Shown here: positions 17,804 through 27,710 of the stretch, one piece after another
Position numbering within the stretch: position 1 is the first letter of the stretch
Layout: every line of letters starts with the position of its first letter
Origin: a virus
Taxonomy: Duplodnaviria; Caudoviricetes
Direction: 5' to 3' (one strand)
IMG/VR virus record: IMGVR_UViG_3300032303_002215
Location: 1-35,937 of that record
Length of the DNA stretch: 35,937 nt
Made by a program: the position numbers and the translations under genes
The notes under the pieces: model-generated
What the model saw: only the letters and a program-made list of their open reading frames with translations
Told to the model about the DNA's origin: nothing
Database searches by the model: none

Positions 17804-17832
17804 AGAGTATCACAACTTTAAAAAATATACAA
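17804..17832 (-). promoter_or_regulatory. SigA-like promoter for polA operon
   Basis: TTGTAT-17 bp (ending TGTGA)-TACTCT, then an AAAGGA RBS. Confidence 0.6.
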
Positions 17833-17833
17833 A

Positions 17834-18106
17834 CTAGTCTTCATCAAGGTCTAAATCTGGATCTGGTAAGAAAGTAAACTCAATAATAGTACCGCCATCA
17901 TCAAAATCATCCTCATCATACTCTTGACTGAAGTTATCAAGAGGGTCCATAACTCCTCCAGCAATAGCAATACCAATCGCATACATAGCATCACGTTTAC
18001 TGAACCCAGCATCAATCAATGCTTTACCAATTTCGTGAAGTTCCACCGCCTTCTCATGAAGAGATGTAGTTTCAGGGAAATCTGGGAGCGGTTCTTCAGG
18101 AGTCAT
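17834..18106 (-). CDS. Acidic hypothetical protein
   Basis: 90 aa with a D/E-rich C-terminus. Fills the gap between co-oriented genes. Confidence 0.75.
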   Translation of the reverse strand: MTPEEPLPDFPETTSLHEKAVELHEIGKALIDAGFSKRDAMYAIGIAIAGGVMDPLDNFSQEYDEDDFDDGGTIIEFTFLPDPDLDLDED

Positions 18107-18117
18107 ACTCTATTGTA

Positions 18118-18588
18118 CTACGGAATCACTTCAATCTTGTAGATTGAGTCGATAGCAGAGTCCTTCTCTGCAGCAGTCTCAAGCAGTCTTTGAGCAACGT
18201 TTGTGAGGTATCTAGCTCCCCCATCATCATACTTATATAGTGCTTCTAAAACTGCCTCTGGCTCCTCCGAAACCTGAGCCCAGTATCTGTGCTTTTCTGG
18301 AAAAACAAGGGAAGCACTCTCATCTGGACTACAAAGCTCACAGGGAATAGAGTCATTTACTAATTTTGTATAAGAAATTTCTTGTAATTTGTATGTATGA
18401 ACTAAACGGCATGCTGCACCGTGATATACAAGAGAGACACCAACACGAGAAAGAATGTACGATCCACTTTCGGTTCGATATAATTCAAACTCAATCCAGC
18501 GCGTAGATCCTCGACGCCACGAAGTTGATTTACCAAGAAGACTCCCATTGAATTGGAGTGTTCTAGCACCATCTTTTACTTCATACAT
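18118..18588 (-). CDS. Hypothetical protein with HxxxC...PCxxCxP putative Zn site
   Basis: RW.E.ELYRT..G.Y motif, and YHGAAC...PCELCSP. Confidence 0.8.
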   Translation of the reverse strand: MYEVKDGARTLQFNGSLLGKSTSWRRGSTRWIEFELYRTESGSYILSRVGVSLVYHGAACRLVHTYKLQEISYTKLVNDSIPCELCSPDESASLVFPEKHRYWAQVSEEPEAVLEALYKYDDGGARYLTNVAQRLLETAAEKDSAIDSIYKIEVIP

Positions 18589-18592
18589 AAAA

Positions 18593-18769
18593 TTACTTTT
18601 CTTCGCTCTTGCTCTTTAGCTCATCAAACTCAGCTTGTAATTTTTCATTTTTTGAACGTTCCATAAGTAAAAGTGCTTCTAGCTCAGCGTTGAGCCCCAT
18701 AGACTTAGAAAGCTGGTCTCTAGTTACCGCTAAAACGCTGCTATATAGTTCTTCATTTTTATCAGTCAT
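18593..18769 (-). CDS. Small coiled-coil protein (58 aa, below ORF track cutoff)
   Basis: Manual translation gives MTDKNEELYSSVLAVTRDQLSKSMGLNAELEALLLMERSKNEKLQAEFDELKSKSEEK*. AAAGGA RBS and TAGAAT upstream. Confidence 0.75.
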   Translation of the reverse strand: MTDKNEELYSSVLAVTRDQLSKSMGLNAELEALLLMERSKNEKLQAEFDELKSKSEEK

Positions 18770-18810
18770 ATTTTTCCTTTTGTAGTTCGTCTACCTCTAT
18801 TCTACACGAT

Positions 18811-21800
18811 TTAGAGGCCACCGTTTTCTAGTCTCACCTTTAAATCATCAATTTGTTGCTGTTGTGAACGAACAACGGCTTGAAGCGCGACAACATAGGT
18901 TTGATAGTGAATACCTTCAGGTTCTCCCGATTTGCCATAGTCAACAAATTCTGTAAGCCCAGCATCGTGAAGATCTTCTGCAATAAATCCAACTTCAATT
19001 TCAGCAGCGCTACCTGACTCCTCTACTGCTTTAATATATTTAAATTTAACAGGATCAATTGAAAGGATAGAAGATACATCTAGATTTGCTGAGACAATAT
19101 CCTGCTTTTTAGTCCTAGATGATGATGCGTAACCAAAAGTACCATTAGATTGAATCCACATGGCACGTCTGGTAGCTGTAATATCATTTGAATATGTTGA
19201 GTCAGAAGATAGTAAACCACCAAAAGTTGTAGTTGGGCCGCCAGTGCCATTACCTCCACCAACATCAATTTTATTGGTACTACTACTTCCAAGATATATA
19301 TTGTCGTTATTACTACCAGATGCAAGATGAAGATTTCCACCATCTGAATTTATGTAGAGTCTAGTGTATGTGCCATTATTGATAGCTTGTATTACTGAAT
19401 ACGCAGATCCAGTTAAAGTGTATGTACTAAATCTTAAGTTACTACCAGAATCCATTCCAATTTGAAATGGGTGATTTGTTGAAGATATACTGGCAACATC
19501 TCTAGTTCCCTCGAGTACCATTTGTCCTTTTACAATGACTTTACCCCGATCTTCAGGAGTAACATAGGCAATAATAGAAGCTGAGATTGAATTAGCCGTG
19601 TCCGTAGTGTCAGTGTCTGTAGTTGGGTCATATGTAACACGTATTTTTTTAGCAGCAATTTCTACACCAGTAGAAGTTTGACTAAGAATAGTATTAATGT
19701 AGCTGTTATATTCTAAATATTTAACATTTGATGTCAAGGCATCCGCATCAAGAGTCCTAAGTACTCCACCATCAAAACGCATGTAATAGCTATCACTTGG
19801 AAATAGACCAATATCTACAGCTTTTCCAGCATTTTTACCATAATAAGGAAGTCTTTGAGTGCCAGCAAAACTTCCAGGAGGGGCGATTGCTCCGGTAGCA
19901 ACCGCACCGCCACCACCAGCAGTAAATGCCGTTGGAGACGTACCAAGATAGGTAGTGACTGCTGCTCTTTTTTTCAGTGCATGAGGAAAATCTTGATTAG
20001 AAAAACCTAAGTAATCAATTCCATCATAAAGAACATCTTGAGTATCGACGTCAATATTAATCCACTCTGTACCAGAGGCATAGGATATAGTATTGGGAGC
20101 ACTGATTGAGTTTGCCCAAGCATATGATCCAGATTGATTTTTAGTATCTCCGTAAAATCCTGAAGGAAAACTTCCAAAGTTAAAATTATCAAAGTATGCT
20201 GCAACGGTACCTACAAGAGCGGTATTTGCAGTAATCTTAACACCAGTAGACGAAGTGTCAGAGAGGTTTCCTTGATAAAACCACGTTGGATATTGAATGC
20301 TAATAGCATTTTGATTAGCTAACCCAGTTGGATTTAGGCGATAATATTCATCATATAGTTTTTTACCATCTACAATTATAACTCCATCAGACTCAACATT
20401 GGATGCAGGAGTGAGAGAAGTAATAATTGGGCCAACGTTTGTAGCATTTGATGTATCAACTAAATAGTCCATATATTGACTTGGATCAGATACAGTGTAA
20501 TATTTATTATATCCATCAGCCCAGGCGTCTACAGAAGAATCTACTAAAACATTTGCTAAAGAAGTTGTTGCCGTACCCCCAAGATTAAATGTAATTTCAC
20601 TTAAATTATACTGAGGATAGATGACTTTATGTACTCTTCTAGGTCTAGCTGTACCATCATGATTAGTTCTTGAGGATAGTGTTACAGTACCTGTTGCTCC
20701 CTCATCATATGGGTCAGGACCAAGGTCAACATATAAAACTGAACCAGAGGTAGTGATGACTCTACAAATTCTTTCAAATGCAACTGATGGAGTTGTAATA
20801 GTAGTATTAGCAGCAACTCGAGAAAACATATCCACATCGCCGTCTTTACCTTCAACATCTAAAAAGACATAATCACCAGCACTAAAATACCCCGCTACTG
20901 CTGCACCCATAGTTATTGCTAAGTTCCCATTAGTACTATAAGTAGCTGATGAGACATTTTTTGCAGCAGCAATTGATGGCTGATAGTCAAAGAAAATATC
21001 CATGTTTAAATAGAGTTTGGTACCAGAGTAGATTTTGTTATAGTATATAATACTTGAGTAGTCAATAGTAGAGACAAGTTTGTTGTCTATTGGAGCAGTT
21101 GTACTCCACCTAACGTTAGCTGCAAAGTTACTAGTTCTAGCAAACTGACCTGTATATGACCCAGTACGAGTTGCTGTCAAGGTTGCAATATTTGCTTTTG
21201 AAAAGGTAGCAGAAGAAACGTTACTATTTGACCAACTACCAGCATTCGAGACAGATGCATTATTAGCAATTACACCAGATTCAAAGCTGGGGTTATAGAT
21301 AAAGTTTACAGCGTCAGGGGAAGAATATCTAACACCTTTATTTGAAAAATAACCATAGTTAAAGTTTTTAAGCTCATAGTCTCTAAGATATAGACCAGCA
21401 ACATCTGGGACATAAATATACGCTTCACCGCTCTCTGCGGTAAATGCAACATCTGCAACCCCAGTCTCATTTTTGGTCCCAATGCTATATGTAAAAGTAT
21501 TATCCGTCGTGTTGGTAATGGTTCCAGGGCTGTAAATACTCTTGCTATATGTAGAGTATGTCGTATTTGCAAAGGACACGACTACTAAGTCATTAGCCGT
21601 AAATTGGTGAGCATTTGCAGTAATTGTTACTCTATTTGATTCTACAGAAAATCCGGTAAAAATAATTGAGTCATCTTCGTATGACTTGTAAAGACTGACA
21701 TATGATCCAGCCCCTGTATTAGAGTCAGAGCTTCCATGATTATAACTTTCTAAGAATGTTCCCTTTAATTCAAAATCTTGAAATGTTCTAGTTACCGTAG

Positions 21801-22104
21801 GGCTACTAATATTCCAATAGCCAATTGTTCCGGTCTCAGCGTTAATATCACCACGAACAAAGACATTTCCAAATTCTGCGTTACCAGAGCCATCAATTCT
21901 CCAACCATTTTCTCCAGAAAGATAGTTAGAACTTTGAATTGCTTTATCTAAAATTTCTACTTCTTCGGAAAGTTGAGAAGCACTAATTGCTTCAGAACCT
22001 ACACCAGTGTAACTATTTCTATTCCTAAGCTCTCTAGCATCGATATTTAAAGACTCTAAGTAGTTTCCTAAAGTTTTATATTTACGGGACCGCCTACTAG
22101 CCAC
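18811..22104 (-). CDS. Tail fibre/spike with C-terminal intramolecular chaperone (peptidase S74)
   Basis: N-terminal GWRIDGSGNAEF.N...RG.I.A..G.IG fibre motif and S/T/N/G-rich body. C-terminus SSRTKKQDI...P..F.Y...GFIAEDL...Y...LQAVV plus coiled coil. Confidence 0.9.
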   Translation of the reverse strand: MASRRSRKYKTLGNYLESLNIDARELRNRNSYTGVGSEAISASQLSEEVEILDKAIQSSNYLSGENGWRIDGSGNAEFGNVFVRGDINAETGTIGYWNISSPTVTRTFQDFELKGTFLESYNHGSSDSNTGAGSYVSLYKSYEDDSIIFTGFSVESNRVTITANAHQFTANDLVVVSFANTTYSTYSKSIYSPGTITNTTDNTFTYSIGTKNETGVADVAFTAESGEAYIYVPDVAGLYLRDYELKNFNYGYFSNKGVRYSSPDAVNFIYNPSFESGVIANNASVSNAGSWSNSNVSSATFSKANIATLTATRTGSYTGQFARTSNFAANVRWSTTAPIDNKLVSTIDYSSIIYYNKIYSGTKLYLNMDIFFDYQPSIAAAKNVSSATYSTNGNLAITMGAAVAGYFSAGDYVFLDVEGKDGDVDMFSRVAANTTITTPSVAFERICRVITTSGSVLYVDLGPDPYDEGATGTVTLSSRTNHDGTARPRRVHKVIYPQYNLSEITFNLGGTATTSLANVLVDSSVDAWADGYNKYYTVSDPSQYMDYLVDTSNATNVGPIITSLTPASNVESDGVIIVDGKKLYDEYYRLNPTGLANQNAISIQYPTWFYQGNLSDTSSTGVKITANTALVGTVAAYFDNFNFGSFPSGFYGDTKNQSGSYAWANSISAPNTISYASGTEWINIDVDTQDVLYDGIDYLGFSNQDFPHALKKRAAVTTYLGTSPTAFTAGGGGAVATGAIAPPGSFAGTQRLPYYGKNAGKAVDIGLFPSDSYYMRFDGGVLRTLDADALTSNVKYLEYNSYINTILSQTSTGVEIAAKKIRVTYDPTTDTDTTDTANSISASIIAYVTPEDRGKVIVKGQMVLEGTRDVASISSTNHPFQIGMDSGSNLRFSTYTLTGSAYSVIQAINNGTYTRLYINSDGGNLHLASGSNNDNIYLGSSSTNKIDVGGGNGTGGPTTTFGGLLSSDSTYSNDITATRRAMWIQSNGTFGYASSSRTKKQDIVSANLDVSSILSIDPVKFKYIKAVEESGSAAEIEVGFIAEDLHDAGLTEFVDYGKSGEPEGIHYQTYVVALQAVVRSQQQQIDDLKVRLENGGL

Positions 22105-25100
22105 GAGTATCTACCTGCCATTCTGTAACTAATTCAAGATCAATCATTTCAGGGAACGCCGGGCTATTTGGAACTTGAACCTTAACACCGTCAACGCGCC
22201 TAATAATTACATCCTTACGAGGCTCTAAAATACTATTCATACGTTGTCTAACAAAATTGTCATTGACAATCAAAGAGCAGTAGTCTCCAGGATAATATGT
22301 TCCAACCTCTGGCATAAGAGATCCGTTAACAGTAATAATAAAATCTCCAACCGGAGGCTTAGACTCTTTTAAAAATCTTTCTGCTGTTTTTTGCATATCT
22401 GCTTCTGAGTCATAGTTTCCCCAGTTATCAACATTAATTTGATTTATCCCAACTAGCGGCCATTCAACTTTTTCTACTCTATCAAGAACCGGCCACCCCG
22501 AGTTTAGAAGTAGTGTATCTGATGCAGCAGAAAATCTAGCTCCAGCACCAGCTCCAAGATCTGAATTATTTCCAGCAACAAAAACTCTAGTTGCAGATTC
22601 GTTAGCACTTTCCGAAAAACTAACATTTTGAATATTTCCAGGGTACTCAAAGACTAGTTTATCTGCACCAAAAGCACTTACTGGAGCATATGTTCCACGC
22701 TCTAAAACGCCATTAGGTAGATTTTTTAAGTACTCCTTAAGTGTCTCAGGGACTCTGGGTACAAGCATAAAAGTTCGTTTAAATATTTTTTTATTGTCTT
22801 GACCCTCAACTAGATCGCAATCAATTCGGTAGTCAAAACCATCACGAGTATTTGTATATCGCTCTAAGTGCTCCGCTACAGAAATTAAATCACTTCCACG
22901 AATAATGTCATTGGGAAATTGAGAATTACTATATTCATTAGTAGAAAACTCTAGACCACCTATATTTGAGTTTTCAGGAAACTCTCCATAAGTACGAGCA
23001 ATAGCAACTGGAATTTTACGAACTTGAGGGCCTATAGCCACGATCCCGGACGTAGCAACATTGGCAACAGTTCCCGTTGGAGAACTAGAAAGTGCTGTAT
23101 ACGTAAAGGTGTTATCAGTTACAGCTGTTAATTTGACTGATTCATTATTATTACGGAAAGCTTTGTACGCCTTGTCATAGATATATGTAGTTACGGATGT
23201 ACCCACATCAAAGCCATGATTAGGGGAGACCATTGTAACAACATTACTAGAACTAGAAATAGCATTAATTGACTCTGTGTTTGCAAGAAGCAGATAGTTT
23301 AGGTATGCAAACCCAACGTTTGCACCGACAGCTACTGTTGAGTACGAATATCCAGCGCTAGGAGCAATTGCAGTAGTGATATTAGTCGCGTCAAGATCGT
23401 ATGTAAATGCCGTAGTGTTGGTGATTGCCTTGATTGTTTTAATGCCGTTAAATGTGTCAGTAATTCCAGAAATAGACACAGACTGTCCAGCAGCGTATTC
23501 ATGAGCCGCACTGGTAATTATGGTAGCAATTTTATTTACAACGTTTGCTTTACTAACTGCTTTATAACCAAAAGTTGAGCCAGAGCTTGTGTACTCAAAA
23601 ATATTATCTTCAGCAAGAGTTATATTAGAAATAGCATTAGAATTCTCAAATGAAGAGAAAGCAACGTTTGAAAATTCTAGTGATACTGGATCACCAACAT
23701 TTAAATCATGGTCAGTAGAATATGCTCGAGCAGTATTTCCTTTTCTAGAAATTCTTTCAATACTAACCTCAAGGGTCGGGATACTCCCAACTTTAGTTTT
23801 TACCCTAGTGATTGATCCACTATTTTTAGTTATGCCAGTATTGTTAGCAGGAAGATTTTCAGTATTAGAAGGAAGAGAGTATGAGAGCTCATCAACGTCT
23901 GTATTTATAGATTTTACAGTAAAAGTCCCGTCATATACTTTCTTTTTAAGGTCAACTTTAATTCTATCTCCAGGTACACAGTTATGCCTACGAGCAGTAG
24001 TTATAGTGACAGTTCGCTTTTTCTTTCGATACCTAACGTGAGTAACTTCAACAGTATCATCTGGCTCTCTGACTACACCATACTCAGGCATATCAAAAGT
24101 AAACCACGTAGATCCATAAGGAATAACTTCTACAGATATGGCTGTCTTAGACACATTAGTTGAACTACGTGAAAGGCTATATTGAATCCAAGAAATTCCT
24201 GAAACTGCATCCTCTGGATCATAAATATCAGAAACTACAAACTTACCAGCAACGCTAGAACTTCCAGCAACTTTAATAGAGTCTCCGGGAAGAATCCCAT
24301 GAGCTCTATCTAGCCAAACTTTTGCAGTAATGTTACTAGTAATTTCATAGTGAGTAGATTTTAAAACATCGGTAGATAAAGTCCCTTCGGATATATCAAG
24401 ATCAACTACTTTGTGATATCCGTTATAGACAGGTTTAGTCCAATCAATACGGTCTACACCTTCAACGTATACAAGATCTCCTCGCTCAAAAGAATGAATT
24501 GATTGAGTATTTATTTTTAGTTGATTAAGTGGTGTTGCTAAGACTGCAGTATTTTGTTTAGGAGAATCAATTTTTATTCTGCCACCACCAGCACTTTTAA
24601 TGTCATTCTTTTTAGCTGTTAAATTAGGCTGATAGTATTTAAAATATGTGTCAGTAGCATAAAGAATACTTACCGGTATGTCATTGTTATTTAAGTCAGC
24701 ATATTTCTTAGATTTAATTGTAACTTTGTCTGTTTTTTTAAAACCGTGAGGCTCTGTAGTCCACATCCACACGTAACCGTCAACACGCTTAACGTACTCA
24801 ATTGACTTTTTACGAGTAGTTGAGATTTCACGAGAGTCTACCAAAATAGAGTTTGTTTCCACTGGTGCAAAAGTTACGTTAGGAACAGTGATTGACCCCG
24901 TTGCCAAAGTTTTTGCCACATCGATCCCTGAATTATCATAGCTAATGCTTTTTTCAGTGACTTCAGTAATTGTTGCAGTTGCGTCAAAATTATTATCACT
25001 TGCATTGATAGTTACAATCTGTCCAACTACAAATGGATTTACCTGAGTGGACGCAGTTTCAGAGGTATCAAAATATACAATTGCAGTATTATCAGCACTT

Positions 25101-26053
25101 ACTCGAGAAACGTGCGTAATAGATAAAATTGGAATTATATACTTAAACTGTGTAGGAGTGAGGACCTCAGAAATAATATGTTTCCCACAGAGTGCTTTAG
25201 TAATGTTATAAATCTCTACAATTTGACCTTTAACTAGACTATGAGCGCTATCTGTTGTAATAGTGACAGAGTTATTAGATGCTCCAACTTCTGTAATTAT
25301 ATTTGGCAATTTAATACCAGGAGCAATTGTCTCATTTGCAAATTGAGTATCTTTAAAATCAACTAATACGTCTTTTAACATTTCGCGAATATATTCATAA
25401 GTATCAACTCGAGCCGACACTGTCACATTGGTGTATGAACCAGATGCCGCAGGGAGTTTAGGAATACTCACCCAAAAAGTTGTTTGAGTCGGTTCCTCAA
25501 AGCTGCTTATGGGGTAGTATCCGCTGTACTTGACTAAGTCAGAGTCGGAAAAACTTATATAAACTTTATTAGCAACGCCTTTATCATCTTCTAAATCTAA
25601 AGGTTTTTTTAAAATAGAATTTAAAATTGTAACTTTTGCATACCCAGATTTAGTGGCTTTAAGTACCTCTGCCTCAAACTTAAATGAGTACGTCTTCCAG
25701 ATGTTCCTGTGAGACAAGTAGCTAGTAAACTCTGCCGCAGACACAGACAAAGCTCTAGCAACTAAGTCATATGTTCTACCCCAAATAATTCCGCCCCAAA
25801 CACAGACACCATTTCTAACCACGTAAAGGGCAGTCTTACCCGGAAGAGTGCTGTTGTATAGGTCTAAATCGTCAGTCTGCCCTGAGACTGTAATTGCGCC
25901 ATCAAAGGCACCAAAATCTTTTAACTTGCGCTCATAAGAGACGTCCTCAAATGGGATCTGAGCTAGAACTTCATTTGTAATGATGTCTACAGTATAATAC
26001 TCATAGCGCGGAGCTGTGTCCGGCGTGGTTGATGCGTATAGGTTGTCTACCAT
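22097..26053 (-). CDS. Minor tail / baseplate hub protein (ReqiPepy6 gp37-like) with large repeat insertion
   Basis: Follows Dit. N-terminal LYVVRNG..VWGGIIW and C-terminal FEYPGNI...GWP.LD...GD, with at least 9 repeat modules in between. Confidence 0.8.
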   Translation of the reverse strand: MVDNLYASTTPDTAPRYEYYTVDIITNEVLAQIPFEDVSYERKLKDFGAFDGAITVSGQTDDLDLYNSTLPGKTALYVVRNGVCVWGGIIWGRTYDLVARALSVSAAEFTSYLSHRNIWKTYSFKFEAEVLKATKSGYAKVTILNSILKKPLDLEDDKGVANKVYISFSDSDLVKYSGYYPISSFEEPTQTTFWVSIPKLPAASGSYTNVTVSARVDTYEYIREMLKDVLVDFKDTQFANETIAPGIKLPNIITEVGASNNSVTITTDSAHSLVKGQIVEIYNITKALCGKHIISEVLTPTQFKYIIPILSITHVSRVSADNTAIVYFDTSETASTQVNPFVVGQIVTINASDNNFDATATITEVTEKSISYDNSGIDVAKTLATGSITVPNVTFAPVETNSILVDSREISTTRKKSIEYVKRVDGYVWMWTTEPHGFKKTDKVTIKSKKYADLNNNDIPVSILYATDTYFKYYQPNLTAKKNDIKSAGGGRIKIDSPKQNTAVLATPLNQLKINTQSIHSFERGDLVYVEGVDRIDWTKPVYNGYHKVVDLDISEGTLSTDVLKSTHYEITSNITAKVWLDRAHGILPGDSIKVAGSSSVAGKFVVSDIYDPEDAVSGISWIQYSLSRSSTNVSKTAISVEVIPYGSTWFTFDMPEYGVVREPDDTVEVTHVRYRKKKRTVTITTARRHNCVPGDRIKVDLKKKVYDGTFTVKSINTDVDELSYSLPSNTENLPANNTGITKNSGSITRVKTKVGSIPTLEVSIERISRKGNTARAYSTDHDLNVGDPVSLEFSNVAFSSFENSNAISNITLAEDNIFEYTSSGSTFGYKAVSKANVVNKIATIITSAAHEYAAGQSVSISGITDTFNGIKTIKAITNTTAFTYDLDATNITTAIAPSAGYSYSTVAVGANVGFAYLNYLLLANTESINAISSSSNVVTMVSPNHGFDVGTSVTTYIYDKAYKAFRNNNESVKLTAVTDNTFTYTALSSSPTGTVANVATSGIVAIGPQVRKIPVAIARTYGEFPENSNIGGLEFSTNEYSNSQFPNDIIRGSDLISVAEHLERYTNTRDGFDYRIDCDLVEGQDNKKIFKRTFMLVPRVPETLKEYLKNLPNGVLERGTYAPVSAFGADKLVFEYPGNIQNVSFSESANESATRVFVAGNNSDLGAGAGARFSAASDTLLLNSGWPVLDRVEKVEWPLVGINQINVDNWGNYDSEADMQKTAERFLKESKPPVGDFIITVNGSLMPEVGTYYPGDYCSLIVNDNFVRQRMNSILEPRKDVIIRRVDGVKVQVPNSPAFPEMIDLELVTEWQVDTRG

Positions 26054-26083
26054 ATGTCCTCGTAATCGTCTCTACAGTCTATT

Positions 26084-27709
26084 CTACCCTAGCCAGCCGG
26101 ACTTGTATTTAACATTTGCGGAAACCGGAGTGCCAGCCTGCTTCTCAATACGAATAGTGTTTGCACCGGGCTGGAGCCTAATCCAATCAATATCAGCATC
26201 TAAAGTAGATCGAGCAGCATCAGGAAGTCCTCGATAAAGAACTGTCGTGTTGTACGTGTCAATTTCAAGCGAATCTGAGTATGTAAGGTTTGCAGTAGCT
26301 AGGTCGGACGTTGAGGCGTATTGAATAATTGCGTAGCCTTCATAGACTGTACTTACATTGCTATAAGTCTTTGTGTACTCAAAGTAGTTAGTACTTGCAG
26401 CAGAAACGGAATATGTCCCGTCAAAAGGAGTACCAAGTCCGTAAACATAAACAGAGTTTGCGGTAAGGAATCCATGACTCGGTGCGCAGACGTTTACTGT
26501 ATTGTTAATGAGAACTGCGTTGGCAATTGTAACTCCTGGGTCTAAATAGCTTACAGTAGTGGCTGTTGTTTCGTAGACGGTCTTAGTTCCATTTGCCGTT
26601 GGGACTCCAAGATTTGCTACAGTAATTGTATCACCGACAATAAATGAGTGGGCAATGTTAGTAGTTAATGTAGTTGTTTGAGCAGTGCGAGCAATTGTTG
26701 TAACATTTGCGCTTAGGGTATTTGCTCTTAAGTTTTTCACCACGCGAATATTTTGGCCGGTAGTAATATTTCTAATGTAGGCTGGGGCCGTCATAGGGCC
26801 AGTGATTGAAATTGTAACGGCGACGTTCGTTGTTCCGCTATTAGTAACGGCAACACCAGTTGTTCCGCCAATGTTGTTTATTGCAGAGGATAAATTTGCA
26901 AGTGTATAGCCGTTATTTGCGTCGTATTCCGAAGATAAAATTGTATAGCCATTTACTGTAGTAGCTGTGTCTGAGGCAGTTCTATTATATGTAAATGTTC
27001 TACCCTCTGTACCAACAGCAGTAATAGTGTATGTTCCATCAAATGGAGTTCCTAGGTCAAAAACTGTAATTGAGTTTCCAGTACTAAACCCATGAGTAGA
27101 GCTAGTAGTGGCCAATACAACATTATTTTTAAGAAAAGCTCTATCAATCTGAGCGCTCCCACCATTCCAACCGTACTTAATGGGGTCCCCAGATCTAAGC
27201 GGGATGCTGAACTCAATTTTTCCTCGAGCATTGATGTTAGTAATAGTAGGCTTTCCCACCATGCGGACATATGCTGAACGCATTGGCTCTTCTTTTACTC
27301 GCAGCCAGACGCCCTTATAGACAATATCCAAAGCACTTAAAAGTTCTTGACGAGCATACGGTGCAACTGATTTTGAAGGCGGGAGAATTGTACCTTTTAA
27401 AGTTAACTCTCGAGCAAGCCAACGTCCACGTACGTCATACGAACCATCGTCAAGACCACGAGGGATATTTGGTACTTCAGGAGCTGGAACTTCCCACCAA
27501 CCCTCAATGTCAGTGCAGACCCAAATAGTATTATATGCGCTAGATGCTGAGTTAGTATCTATTCTATTTAGAACTAGATTTCCAAGAATTACGTCTCTCT
27601 CAAGTTTAAGGCCGGTGACATACGGTCGATCATATGGATCACCAAATTTAGGCTTACTAAGAGCCTCGTTGACTAATGTTAGTTCTTGTTGTTCGTTATA
27701 TTCAGCCAT
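26084..27709 (-). CDS. Distal tail protein (Dit) with inserted modules
   Basis: Directly after the TMP. Motifs IEGWW..P, R.LTLKG, L...DP.KYG, N.GT......I.GP..P, L.IDT and W..LQPGAN.I. Confidence 0.85.
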   Translation of the reverse strand: MAEYNEQQELTLVNEALSKPKFGDPYDRPYVTGLKLERDVILGNLVLNRIDTNSASSAYNTIWVCTDIEGWWEVPAPEVPNIPRGLDDGSYDVRGRWLARELTLKGTILPPSKSVAPYARQELLSALDIVYKGVWLRVKEEPMRSAYVRMVGKPTITNINARGKIEFSIPLRSGDPIKYGWNGGSAQIDRAFLKNNVVLATTSSTHGFSTGNSITVFDLGTPFDGTYTITAVGTEGRTFTYNRTASDTATTVNGYTILSSEYDANNGYTLANLSSAINNIGGTTGVAVTNSGTTNVAVTISITGPMTAPAYIRNITTGQNIRVVKNLRANTLSANVTTIARTAQTTTLTTNIAHSFIVGDTITVANLGVPTANGTKTVYETTATTVSYLDPGVTIANAVLINNTVNVCAPSHGFLTANSVYVYGLGTPFDGTYSVSAASTNYFEYTKTYSNVSTVYEGYAIIQYASTSDLATANLTYSDSLEIDTYNTTVLYRGLPDAARSTLDADIDWIRLQPGANTIRIEKQAGTPVSANVKYKSGWLG

Positions 27710-27710
27710 T

